Below are positions 44,193 to 53,066 of a stretch of DNA of 64,000 bases, one piece after another. Each line of letters begins with the position of its first letter. Position 1 is the first letter of the stretch. The position numbers and the translations under genes were made by a program. This stretch comes from Chloroflexota bacterium (GTDB taxonomy: Bacteria > Chloroflexota > Dehalococcoidia > GIF9 > UBA5629), in contig VGNX01000005.1 in the NCBI GenBank assembly GCA_016865855.1, positions 165-64,164 of the forward strand, written 5' to 3'. The notes under the pieces were generated by a model, which was given only the letters and a program-made list of their open reading frames with translations, was not told the origin of the DNA and did no database searches.

Positions 44193-46016
44193 CTATTTAC
44201 TGAATTGTAAAGTTTTGGCTATCTCCGAGAACTTGGCTTCATCGTAAGGAACAAGCAGCTCCACGGTGCCTACTGTAACTAGAATCCACTTGTTACCCTT
44301 CTGCACACCTAAGGCAAAACCCTTGGCTCCATATCCCTTTAATGTTCCTTCGAATACTGCCGTGGACGCTTTAGTACCGTCGGCTAAGGCACTTTCCTTC
44401 TCAGAAACAACTTTGAAACCTGTCCCACCAGCCCCCTCAATTGACTTTTTGAGTGCCTCAGCAAAAGTGGCAGCCTCTTTGGCATCGACAAACAGAACTG
44501 GAACCTGGGCCGGTGCCGCAGCATAAAACAGTAACGCGTCAGACGGTTGTTTTGCCCAATCCTTGGGGTATTTGACAGAGAAGCCCAAGTCGGCATTGGT
44601 ATACTCAGCTGGTGTGAAAGAGAGCTGACCCGCTGCTGGTGGCGCTGCCGGCTTGGTTGGCTCAGCTGGCTTGGCGATTTTGAACTTAGCAGCTGCCTCC
44701 GGCGGTATCTTCAATGGGACTGTGCCCGGATACTCCATCCTCCAGTCACCGTAGTCGTCAACTGCACCATATTCCTTCTTTGGCCAGACGCCCTTCAGCT
44801 GTCCATCCTGCCACTGGGTGCCAAGTCCCGTAAGACGACCGGGACCATAGACCAGGTCGTGGGCACACTTCGGTGGACATGGTGATGAGCCTACCGGATA
44901 ATATTCACTAACTCCAGCAGTGCCTTCGTATACCCGCTTTTCAATGACTGGAACAAGGGCATCCGAATCTAGCGTCCCCGCCTCTTCGATGTTTAGTTTC
45001 GCGGTGAGAAGCGCGTCATGGGTAGCCGCGGTATATGTTGGAAACTCACCCGTACGTCTCTCGAACTCATCGAAGAAAGGTATAGTCTTCTCGGTTATGG
45101 CCACACCCTTAGCAAAGGTATTCAAGAAAATCTCGTAGTTACATTTGCCGCCGGTGGCTTCCCAGAAGCCCTTCTTCTGAGCCTCCACAATGATGCCCAC
45201 TGAGACAACCGGTATCTTAAGTTCGCCGCGCTGCTTGGCATAGGTGACACCCACCGGGCCAGAGAACGTAGTAAAGATGATGTGAGGCTCTTTGGCAGCT
45301 ATAGCTGTCAGCTCGGCAGTAACATCAGTAGCCGTGTCCGATGGCCGCCATACCCCAACAACTTCCATGCCCATCGCTGGTAGCCGTGCCTGGGCAATCG
45401 CTACCATCGCTTCGGTCCATTCCAGCTTTTCAGCGATTATGGCAACCTTAGGCTTCTCTATGCCAAACTCCTGTTTCAAGACTCCAGCGACCATTGCTAG
45501 CATCTTGAAGTCGCTCGTAACCAAGAAGATCTCATTATACGGGGTGACCTTGAAGAAGTACTTGTAGCGGTCATAATCATCAGTTACTCGCTTCTGGAGC
45601 GCTGCAGTGGCGGCGCCACAATTCAAGAAAATCTTCTTGTAGTCCATGGCCACGTCTGACATGGGAAACACGGCTTCTGTCCTGAAGCCGCCCATCAGAA
45701 GGTCTACCTTATCCACGGTTATGGCTCGTTCCACCGCAGATGCAGCCCCAGCGACATCGAGGATTTCATTGCTGTCAACCTTGATAAGCTTAATTTGGTA
45801 TTGCTTCCCCCCCAGGTTTACTCCGCCAGCCTTATTGATTTCCTCGGCTGCCATTACAGCTCCCATCCAGTGGTGCTCGCCCTGCAGAAACTGCATTGGC
45901 CCGACCACAGCGACCTTAATAACGTTTTCCTCCACAGCTTTAGGAGCACAGGCAGGAAGAACCAACGCTATCAACAAAAGACAGGAAAAAGACAGGAAAA
46001 GAACTCTTTTCAACAC
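44193..46016 (-). CDS. Liv-type ABC substrate-binding lipoprotein fused to a C-terminal PsbP-like domain
   Basis: Lipobox LPAC; GA.MA.EEIN.AGG, GGFRTE; Pro/Ala linker, then ~140 aa domain shared with 29981..31060. Confidence 0.85.
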   Translation of the reverse strand: MLKRVLFLSFSCLLLIALVLPACAPKAVEENVIKVAVVGPMQFLQGEHHWMGAVMAAEEINKAGGVNLGGKQYQIKLIKVDSNEILDVAGAASAVERAITVDKVDLLMGGFRTEAVFPMSDVAMDYKKIFLNCGAATAALQKRVTDDYDRYKYFFKVTPYNEIFLVTSDFKMLAMVAGVLKQEFGIEKPKVAIIAEKLEWTEAMVAIAQARLPAMGMEVVGVWRPSDTATDVTAELTAIAAKEPHIIFTTFSGPVGVTYAKQRGELKIPVVSVGIIVEAQKKGFWEATGGKCNYEIFLNTFAKGVAITEKTIPFFDEFERRTGEFPTYTAATHDALLTAKLNIEEAGTLDSDALVPVIEKRVYEGTAGVSEYYPVGSSPCPPKCAHDLVYGPGRLTGLGTQWQDGQLKGVWPKKEYGAVDDYGDWRMEYPGTVPLKIPPEAAAKFKIAKPAEPTKPAAPPAAGQLSFTPAEYTNADLGFSVKYPKDWAKQPSDALLFYAAAPAQVPVLFVDAKEAATFAEALKKSIEGAGGTGFKVVSEKESALADGTKASTAVFEGTLKGYGAKGFALGVQKGNKWILVTVGTVELLVPYDEAKFSEIAKTLQFSK

Positions 46017-46204
46017 TATTAACCTCCTTCACAGTTTGTGTTGTACAACTTTCCTTGCTGGGAGGCACTTGACGACCACCAATTGCCCCCAGCATATTAA
46101 CCTTTACAATCTCAATACTACCACCCCCTTCCACCAATTTTTATTTGCGCACATATCGTGCCGGTTCATAACAAACTCAAGAGGAGGAGACAAAATCTCG
46201 AAGA

Positions 46205-46234
46205 ATCATAGCAAATTATACCACAACATGTCAA
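46205..46234 (-). promoter_or_regulatory. Promoter for the SBP-livH-livM unit
   Basis: Minus strand TTGACA-18 bp-TATGAT with an extended TG. Confidence 0.5.
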
Positions 46235-46245
46235 TAACCTGAAGA

Positions 46246-47379
46246 TTAAAGTCCCAGCTCAATGGCTACCCTTTCTCGATGCAAGTCGATGTCACCAGCA
46301 GCAAACTCGGCTGCCCTGACACGCCGATAGTAAAGTCCTATGTCATGGTCCCAAGTAAAGCCGATAGCTCCGTGAGCAGTGATTCCGTCAATGCAAATCC
46401 TCTCATAAGCCTCGCTTGCCTTGGCTTTGGCTACGGAAATATACAGCTGAGACGGTTCGCCTTCGCTTATGCCACAGGCTGCCTGGTAAACAAGAAATTG
46501 AATTGCTTCCACATCTATAAGCATGTCAGCTAGTTTGTGCTGGACTGCCTGGAAAGAACCGATAGGTCGGTCGAACTGAATCCTCTCTTTGGCATAGGTG
46601 TTGGTCATATCGAGTACGGCCTGGCATGCTCCGGAAATCTCGGCGCACTTCAAGACAGCTGCCCTTTGCAAGATGAAGTCCACTATTCTCCATCCATTGC
46701 CTACAGTTCCCAGGACATCACCTTTCGACACTTTGACTTTATTGAAAACTATCTGGAACTGTCTATCACCCGCCATGGTAGGTATTCTCTCCATTTTCAG
46801 GGCTGGTGCTTCGGCATCGACTACGAACAGCGTGACTCCCTCTTCCGGTGTTTTGCCTTTGCCTGTCCTAGCTGCCACGAGGAGGTAATTGGCTATGTGG
46901 GCGTCTGCAGCAAATATCTTCTCACCCTGGAGGACATAGTTATCGCCCTCCGAACTGGCACTTAGGTTTATTTCTGAGGCCTTGTAGCTAGCCGATGGCT
47001 CAATCAAAGCCAAAGTCCAAATGGCTTCGCCCTTAGCTATTTGGGGCAAGAAATTAGATTTCTGCTCCTTAGTGCCGAACTCGAGAATGGGCAAAGCACA
47101 GAGGGCAATAGTGGAAAAGAAAGGTCCGGGCAGGATATTTCTCCCCATTTCCTCCATCAGGACAACCAGGTCTATGAAATTAGCATTTATGCCACCATAC
47201 TCTTCCGAAAAGACGAGCCCCATCCACCCTAACTCTGCCATACTGCGCCACATCTGAGGGTCGTAACCCTTTTCATCCTTTTCCAGCTCTCTGACTTTGG
47301 ATTTAGGACATTCTTTGGTCAGGAAATCCCTGGCCATAGTCCGGAGCATCTCCTGCCCTTCCGTAAAACCAAAGTCCAT
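46246..47379 (-). CDS. Acyl-CoA dehydrogenase (partner/beta-type subunit)
   Basis: EEMGR...PGP.FST, R.QFDRPIGSFQAVQHKLA, HGAIGFT..HD..LYYRR; start at ATG 47379 after GGAGG. Confidence 0.9.
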   Translation of the reverse strand: MDFGFTEGQEMLRTMARDFLTKECPKSKVRELEKDEKGYDPQMWRSMAELGWMGLVFSEEYGGINANFIDLVVLMEEMGRNILPGPFFSTIALCALPILEFGTKEQKSNFLPQIAKGEAIWTLALIEPSASYKASEINLSASSEGDNYVLQGEKIFAADAHIANYLLVAARTGKGKTPEEGVTLFVVDAEAPALKMERIPTMAGDRQFQIVFNKVKVSKGDVLGTVGNGWRIVDFILQRAAVLKCAEISGACQAVLDMTNTYAKERIQFDRPIGSFQAVQHKLADMLIDVEAIQFLVYQAACGISEGEPSQLYISVAKAKASEAYERICIDGITAHGAIGFTWDHDIGLYYRRVRAAEFAAGDIDLHRERVAIELGL

Positions 47380-47406
47380 GTCGCCTCCTAGAAAATCTAC
47401 TCCTTT

Positions 47407-47460
47407 TGTCACCCTGAACGGAGTGAAGGGTCTAGATTCTTCGCTTCGCTCAGAATGACA
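47407..47460. repeat. Single TGTCA..TGA / TCAGAATGACA palindromic repeat unit
   Basis: TGTCACCCTGAACGGAGTGAAGGGTCT-AGATTCTTCGCTTCGCTCAGAATGACA forms an imperfect 54-bp hairpin. Confidence 0.75.
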
Positions 47461-47494
47461 GGGGCATGTTGTTAAACAATCTCTATAAAAGCCC

Positions 47495-48697
47495 TCAGTA
47501 TGATTTGGGCAAACCTAATCTAAACTGAGCTATGATGCTTTTCTCTACCTCGGCAGTACCAGCAGCGATCATGCTACCAGGGAAACCGAGATAAGCGCCC
47601 TGAATGTCTCCCCTGAGTCTGGCCCATTTTGAATCCGGATCAACTTGAGAGTAGATTCCCAAAATCTCCGCTCCGGAAGTGGCTACACGTCTAATCACGT
47701 CGTCGCCCATGATTTTGTTCCTCGAAGATTCGTAGGCGGGTATTGCACCCTGGGTTACCCTCCAAATAAACTGGTATGCAAACAGTTTTACTATCTCCAC
47801 GTCTATAGCCATCTCAGCCAACTTGTGGCGAACAGCAGGAATTTGGTTCAGGAACTTACCTTCGTGCTGAGTCTCGTTGGTATACTTGACCAGGTCCTCC
47901 AACAATCTTCTGGAACTTCCATATGCCAGTGGTGCCACACTACGTCTTTCGAATGCGAGCGCCTGCATCAGATGATACCATCCCCTATTCTCTTCACCGA
48001 CCAGATTGGAAGCTGGAACTTTCACATTATCGAAAAACACCTCATTAAAGTGATGCCGGCCATAGTAGTTCAATATGGGGTTAACTGTGACTCCTGGAGT
48101 TTCCATATCCACAATGAAGAGGCTGAGGCCGCGATGTTTCTTGCCGGCGGTGGAATCTGTTCTAGTCATAAGCCAGCACCATCGTGAATGCTGAGCTTTG
48201 CTGGTCCATACCTTCTGCCCATTAATAATGTAATAGTCTCCATCTCTTACAGCTCGGGTTTGCAGGTTAGCAAGATCAGAGCCGGCGTTGGGCTCACTAT
48301 AGCCCGTGCACCAGACACCGTCTTTGTCTCCTGAAGCAATGAGTGGCAGGTATTTCTGCCTTTGCTCCTCAGTGCCGAACAGCATAAGACAGGGCCCAAC
48401 CCACTGTGTTCCGCTTATACCCATCCACGCCCCCGGTATCCCCCAATAAGCTATCTCCATCTCATACACTGTTTGCTCCATAAGGGAAGCGCCCTGACCT
48501 CCATACTCCTTCGGCCAACTCATCACCAGCCATCCCTTCTGGGCTAGCTTCTTAGACATGGATATTTCAAATTCAAAATCTCTGAACTCCTGATCAATCA
48601 GATGGGCGCCAACAAAATCCTCAGGCAACTCTTTTTTGGCGAAATTGGCAATCTCTTCTACTAAAGTTTTCTCTTTCTCACTGAGTCTGAAATCCAT
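47495..48697 (-). CDS. Acyl-CoA dehydrogenase (catalytic-type subunit)
   Basis: WC.GYSEPNAGSDLA.L.TRA, FNEVFFDNV.VP, AGT.EV.K.IIA...LGLPK; start at ATG 48697. Confidence 0.9.
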   Translation of the reverse strand: MDFRLSEKEKTLVEEIANFAKKELPEDFVGAHLIDQEFRDFEFEISMSKKLAQKGWLVMSWPKEYGGQGASLMEQTVYEMEIAYWGIPGAWMGISGTQWVGPCLMLFGTEEQRQKYLPLIASGDKDGVWCTGYSEPNAGSDLANLQTRAVRDGDYYIINGQKVWTSKAQHSRWCWLMTRTDSTAGKKHRGLSLFIVDMETPGVTVNPILNYYGRHHFNEVFFDNVKVPASNLVGEENRGWYHLMQALAFERRSVAPLAYGSSRRLLEDLVKYTNETQHEGKFLNQIPAVRHKLAEMAIDVEIVKLFAYQFIWRVTQGAIPAYESSRNKIMGDDVIRRVATSGAEILGIYSQVDPDSKWARLRGDIQGAYLGFPGSMIAAGTAEVEKSIIAQFRLGLPKSY

Positions 48698-48921
48698 GCT
48701 CAGCCTCCTCAAACTTAGTCAGCTAGAGTGTAGCTCTATTTTTAGGTTGTCTGCGACAATAAACACGCAAATAAGCAAATCACTATTCGGTATCAGAGGT
48801 CAACCTGTGGGAAATAGCCGCTAATACAACTAAACATCTACACAAACAGCGATGGAGCCAGTTCCCGTTTACGCAACTGGCAACCCAAGTTTAGCTATCA
48901 AGACTCAATATGCTTCTATTT

Positions 48922-49848
48922 TTACGGTTGTGGTGATGCCGGATTTACCAGTCCTCTGGCCAGAGTTCTAGGCATGATATCAATCAGTTCGCTCACTGTC
49001 CAGATGCCATCCTTAATGATGCTGCTTCTCACCTCCGGCTCGGAGTAAATCCCTATTCGACCACCACCAACCCAGAATGTATAGCCGTTTATATTTGCTG
49101 CCTCGTCTGTAGCCAGGTATACAACCAGAGGTGCTATCATCTCTGGGGTCATTTGTTCCACTTCATCTAAAGTTATGGAACCTGTTACAGGACGTAACCC
49201 TTGGGCCTTAGCCTTCTCCCAGGCAGCCTTCAGCTCTGGCGTCAGAGTCAACCTCGTCCCAGCATTAGGGCGGATGGCATTACAAGTTACGCCATATTTG
49301 CCCATGTCTCTAGCCACTGTCCTGGTGAAACCCACAATTCCCTCTTTGGCAGCACTGTAGTTGGCCTGGCCCATGTTACCTAACCCGGCTGTAGATGAAG
49401 TATTTATTATTCTCCCACTTCTCTGCTGCCTGAAACAGACACAAGCTGGCTTAGTACAATGGAAATGACCATATAAGTGGACCTTCATGACCAAGTCCCA
49501 TTCCTCTTCGCTCATATTGAAAATCATGCGGTCTCTGAGGATGCCAGCATTGTTTACTAGAATGTCAATACGGCCAAAGTTATCGATGGCCGCTTTGATG
49601 ATGTTTTCCCCACCTTCTGGAGTGGCTACTGAATCGTAATTGGCAATGGCCTCTCCACCCAGCTTCTTGATCTCCTGAACTACCTCTTCAGCCGGAGCTT
49701 TAGAGGTACCGGTGCCATCACCCGCCCCACCGAGGTCATTAACCACCACTTTCGCGCCCTCAGCGGCCAGGGCCAATGCCTCACCCCTCCCAATACCACG
49801 CCCAGCGCCGGTAACTACAGCTGCCTTTCCTTCCAGCCTCTTTGCCAT
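48922..49848 (-). CDS. SDR oxidoreductase (MFE-2/3-hydroxyacyl-CoA dehydrogenase-like)
   Basis: TGAGRGIG, VVNDLGG, NNAGILRD, GQANYSAAK. Confidence 0.88.
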   Translation of the reverse strand: MAKRLEGKAAVVTGAGRGIGRGEALALAAEGAKVVVNDLGGAGDGTGTSKAPAEEVVQEIKKLGGEAIANYDSVATPEGGENIIKAAIDNFGRIDILVNNAGILRDRMIFNMSEEEWDLVMKVHLYGHFHCTKPACVCFRQQRSGRIINTSSTAGLGNMGQANYSAAKEGIVGFTRTVARDMGKYGVTCNAIRPNAGTRLTLTPELKAAWEKAKAQGLRPVTGSITLDEVEQMTPEMIAPLVVYLATDEAANINGYTFWVGGGRIGIYSEPEVRSSIIKDGIWTVSELIDIMPRTLARGLVNPASPQP

Positions 49849-49945
49849 TTTTAGGCCTCCTTAATTACTAATTATTGAGTTACCAACTGATGAGTAGCGC
49901 TTTGCCAACTAGCTCTCTATACACACTGAGCTAGAACAGCAAAAT

Positions 49946-50725
49946 CTACATATACATTCCAGAAGAAACGTTCAGCGTCTGGCCGGTGATAAAGGCAGCA
50001 TCGTCCGAAGCCAGGAACAGAACAGGTTTGGCAGCATCTTCAGGCATCATCGGTTTAACTTGCAGTAGAACCATATCCCTCACCTTCTTGGGGATCCCCA
50101 CCAGTTCACCACCTACTTCTTCCTGCTGCGCTTCCTTTTCTCTGGTCAACCGGGTATCAACGAACCCATAAGCGATGACATTGCAAGTAATCCCAAATCT
50201 TCCCCATTCCCTGGCTACCGTTTTGGTAAGCCCAACGAGACCTGCTTTGGCGGCAGCATAGTTAATCTGCCCGACATTCCCCATCAGGCCAGCCACGGAG
50301 GCCACATTGATTATTCTGCCATTATGCCCTTCCTTCATCACATATTTTGAAGCAGCCCTGATACAGTTAAATGTCCCTTTTAGACTAATATCAACACATA
50401 AGTCCCATTGGGCATCGGTCATTTTATATATCAGAGCATCCCGGGTAAGTCCAGCATTATTGACCAAAATATCGAGCTTGCCGAATTTTTCTGCTGCCAT
50501 GTCCATCATCTTTTGGCAATCTTCCGGTTTCGTGACATCACCAGCACAAGTCTCAGCCTTACCACCAGCCGCTCTTATTTCCTTGACCACCTCCTTCAGC
50601 GGTGCTTCATCAATGTCACTCACCACAACAGCAGCACCCTCCTTAGCAAACAACAGAGCATCCGCTCTGCCTATGCCTCGTGCTGCTCCAGTGATAACTG
50701 CTACTTTTCCATCCAACTTTCCCAT
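49946..50725 (-). CDS. SDR oxidoreductase (FabG-like 3-oxoacyl reductase)
   Basis: TGAARGIG, NNAG.TRD, GQ.NYAAAKAG, FITGQ.L.V. Confidence 0.88.
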   Translation of the reverse strand: MGKLDGKVAVITGAARGIGRADALLFAKEGAAVVVSDIDEAPLKEVVKEIRAAGGKAETCAGDVTKPEDCQKMMDMAAEKFGKLDILVNNAGLTRDALIYKMTDAQWDLCVDISLKGTFNCIRAASKYVMKEGHNGRIINVASVAGLMGNVGQINYAAAKAGLVGLTKTVAREWGRFGITCNVIAYGFVDTRLTREKEAQQEEVGGELVGIPKKVRDMVLLQVKPMMPEDAAKPVLFLASDDAAFITGQTLNVSSGMYM

Positions 50726-50837
50726 TGTATATACTTACCTCCTTTATTTATTAGTTTGCTATTAACCCCACAAAACACAGTTTGTCCAGTGTTTCAGGGA
50801 AAAAACTTCCTGGAATATCCAGTTCAATAAACCTTGC

Positions 50838-51308
50838 TTACTTCTTGCCTCGTGACGGTAAGGCAATCAGAGCCGCTCCCGGAGTAGTTTTCTCACCCTT
50901 CCCATTCTCCACCCAAATCTCGCACTCAACAAGGTGCTCACCACCCTCCTCATATTTCTTGGTCACCTTGCCTTTACACCACCACGTTTCGCCATCATGT
51001 GGTTCTTCCATCGTTTTCATCTTCCGTGGGTAGTCCATACCGCGGTACTGGCAGGACAACTTTTTGAGCACCCCCTGCTCACCAATGCAGTCAGTCATCA
51101 GGTGGCCTAACCAGGCGCGTTTAAGAGCACCATGCACAATAGGAGCACCCACGCCCATAGCTTTGGCAAAATCGTCTTCGTAATGCAAGGGGTTAAAATC
51201 TCCCGAGGCTCCTGCCCACTGAACCAGCATTCTTGTTGTGGCAATTTTAGCCAATGGAGTTATTTGACTCCCTACTTCAACATCATCATAATAAACTTGT
51301 TTAGCCAT
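50838..51308 (-). CDS. MaoC-type (R)-enoyl-CoA hydratase, catalytic subunit
   Basis: Hydratase-2 motif AGASGDFNPLH.....A.......PIVHG. Confidence 0.88.
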   Translation of the reverse strand: MAKQVYYDDVEVGSQITPLAKIATTRMLVQWAGASGDFNPLHYEDDFAKAMGVGAPIVHGALKRAWLGHLMTDCIGEQGVLKKLSCQYRGMDYPRKMKTMEEPHDGETWWCKGKVTKKYEEGGEHLVECEIWVENGKGEKTTPGAALIALPSRGKK

Positions 51309-51325
51309 ATCTCCTCCTCAATTTC

Positions 51326-51799
51326 TTAGAATTGGATGAATGTCGATCGGCCCTTGAGAGCCACTTTGCCTTTCTGATTCACAAAAGTGGTCTCGACCGT
51401 AGTGAACATAGTCTTGCCCATTCTCGTTTCTCGTTCAGTTATGCTAGCAATCTTGGCCGTAGCAGTTAGCACATCTCCAGCGCCGATAGGCTCGACGAAT
51501 TCAAATTCAACACCGCCATCAAGCAATCGAGTCGGTGCTCCAGCCTTGATTAAGGAGTCAACTAATTTGAAGACAGAAATCCCACCTTTGATTGGCCACC
51601 CAATGAAGCCTGGAGGGCAAATCAGCCTGCCATATTTGTTTTTGCTGGCGTTCTCTATATCGTTGAATAAAGGATTGGGGTCGCCTATAGCCTGCGCATA
51701 CCTTTGGATTGCCCCTTCTTCAACCTTGAAAGTAATCGGCTCTCCAGAAACACCTATTAGTTTTTTCAACTCATCTGTAATTATAGACCCTTCAGCCAT
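51326..51799 (-). CDS. MaoC N-terminal-type hot-dog partner subunit
   Basis: VE.GAI..YA.AIGD.NPLF, CPP.F, LDGG.EFEF..PI.AGD.L, F.NQ.G; no catalytic His. Confidence 0.85.
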   Translation of the reverse strand: MAEGSIITDELKKLIGVSGEPITFKVEEGAIQRYAQAIGDPNPLFNDIENASKNKYGRLICPPGFIGWPIKGGISVFKLVDSLIKAGAPTRLLDGGVEFEFVEPIGAGDVLTATAKIASITERETRMGKTMFTTVETTFVNQKGKVALKGRSTFIQF

Positions 51800-51828
51800 G
51801 CTTCAGCCTCCTTAAAGCTTATTTTTTA

Positions 51829-53031
51829 TCACAATCCTACTATAGCAACGCTGACTATATTCATAGCCGGGAAGCCACCCATATTATGAGTAAGACCCAG
51901 TTTGGGATTCTTTAGCTGGCGCTCTGGCATCTGAGCTTTGCCCTGCAACTGTTTGTACATCTCATATAACATCCTTAGACCAGAGGCACCAATAGGATGC
52001 CCAAAGCACTTCAATCCACCATCGGGCTGGATAGGTTGCTCGCCATCCAGATTGAAGCGGCCAGCCTCAATGTCCTCCTTAACCTTCCCCCTGGGGCTGA
52101 ACTGCAAATCCTCCATAGTTACAGCCTCAGTGATGGAGAAACAGTCGTGTACCTCAGCCATACTTATCTCTTTGCGCGGATTCTTTACACCGGCCTCGTT
52201 ATAAGCCAGAACCCCAGCACGGTACCCAGTCTCAACATGAGCACCGTCCCACTTCGTATACATCAACTCCTCACCTGAGCTCAAGGCGATCTGGAGCGCC
52301 TTGACATACACAGGGTCAGGCCTGAATTTCTTAGCCATGTCAGCTCGAGTAACGATAGCTGCTGCCGAACCGTCACTGACTCCACAGCAGTCAAAAAGCC
52401 CCAGAGGCCAGGCAATGATAGGGGCGTTAACCACCTGCTCTTCAGTCACTTCGCGGCGCAAATGTGCCTTCGGGTTCCTAGACCCATTGTAATGGCTTTT
52501 GGATGACACTTTGGCCAGCATCCTTTTGCCCTCCTCCGGGCTGAGGCCGTAGACAGCAAAGTAGCGGGTAGCCATCATGGCAAAACTCCCGGGAGCGGTT
52601 AATTTGGGCATTATAAGTGCATTTTTTGTTCCCATAAGACCAGGACCACCAGGAAGCCCACCATATCCCGTATCTTTGAGTTTTTCTACGCCCAAAGCTA
52701 AAGCTATGTCATAAGCCCCTGAGGCCACCGCGTAACATGCACCCCTAAAAGCCTCTGTGGCAGTAGCACAGAAGTTTTCTACCCTAGTTACCGGGATAAA
52801 AGGTAACTTCAGCGCCAATGCCAATGATGTAGCCCCCTTCCCTACACTCTGCTCTTCAAAATGCACACCAAACCAGGCTGCATTGATATCTTTTTTCTCT
52901 ATACCTGCGTCCTCGATACATTCTTGGAAGGCGTCGACCATCAAATCCTCAGCGCCTTTATTCCACAACTCCCCAAACTTCGTACAACCCATCCCTATGA
53001 TAGCTACCTTGTCTTTAATACCTTCTGCCAT
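51829..53031 (-). CDS. SCP-x/PhlC-type thiolase (acetyl-CoA acyltransferase)
   Basis: Nucleophile VENFCATA; GVEKLKD.G; CC.VSDG.AA; EVHDCF; GGLK.FGHPIGASG. Confidence 0.88.
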   Translation of the reverse strand: MAEGIKDKVAIIGMGCTKFGELWNKGAEDLMVDAFQECIEDAGIEKKDINAAWFGVHFEEQSVGKGATSLALALKLPFIPVTRVENFCATATEAFRGACYAVASGAYDIALALGVEKLKDTGYGGLPGGPGLMGTKNALIMPKLTAPGSFAMMATRYFAVYGLSPEEGKRMLAKVSSKSHYNGSRNPKAHLRREVTEEQVVNAPIIAWPLGLFDCCGVSDGSAAAIVTRADMAKKFRPDPVYVKALQIALSSGEELMYTKWDGAHVETGYRAGVLAYNEAGVKNPRKEISMAEVHDCFSITEAVTMEDLQFSPRGKVKEDIEAGRFNLDGEQPIQPDGGLKCFGHPIGASGLRMLYEMYKQLQGKAQMPERQLKNPKLGLTHNMGGFPAMNIVSVAIVGL

Positions 53032-53066
53032 TTTTCTCCTCCGTAGTTTATTTTAAATTCGGTACT

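Noticed and set aside
48845-48910. Fluoride-riboswitch-like GCGATGGAG
   Set aside because: Wrong strand for the downstream gene and the pseudoknot partner sequence is missing
49885-49940. Hammerhead-like CTGATGAG core
   Set aside because: No GAAA after stem II and no flanking stems
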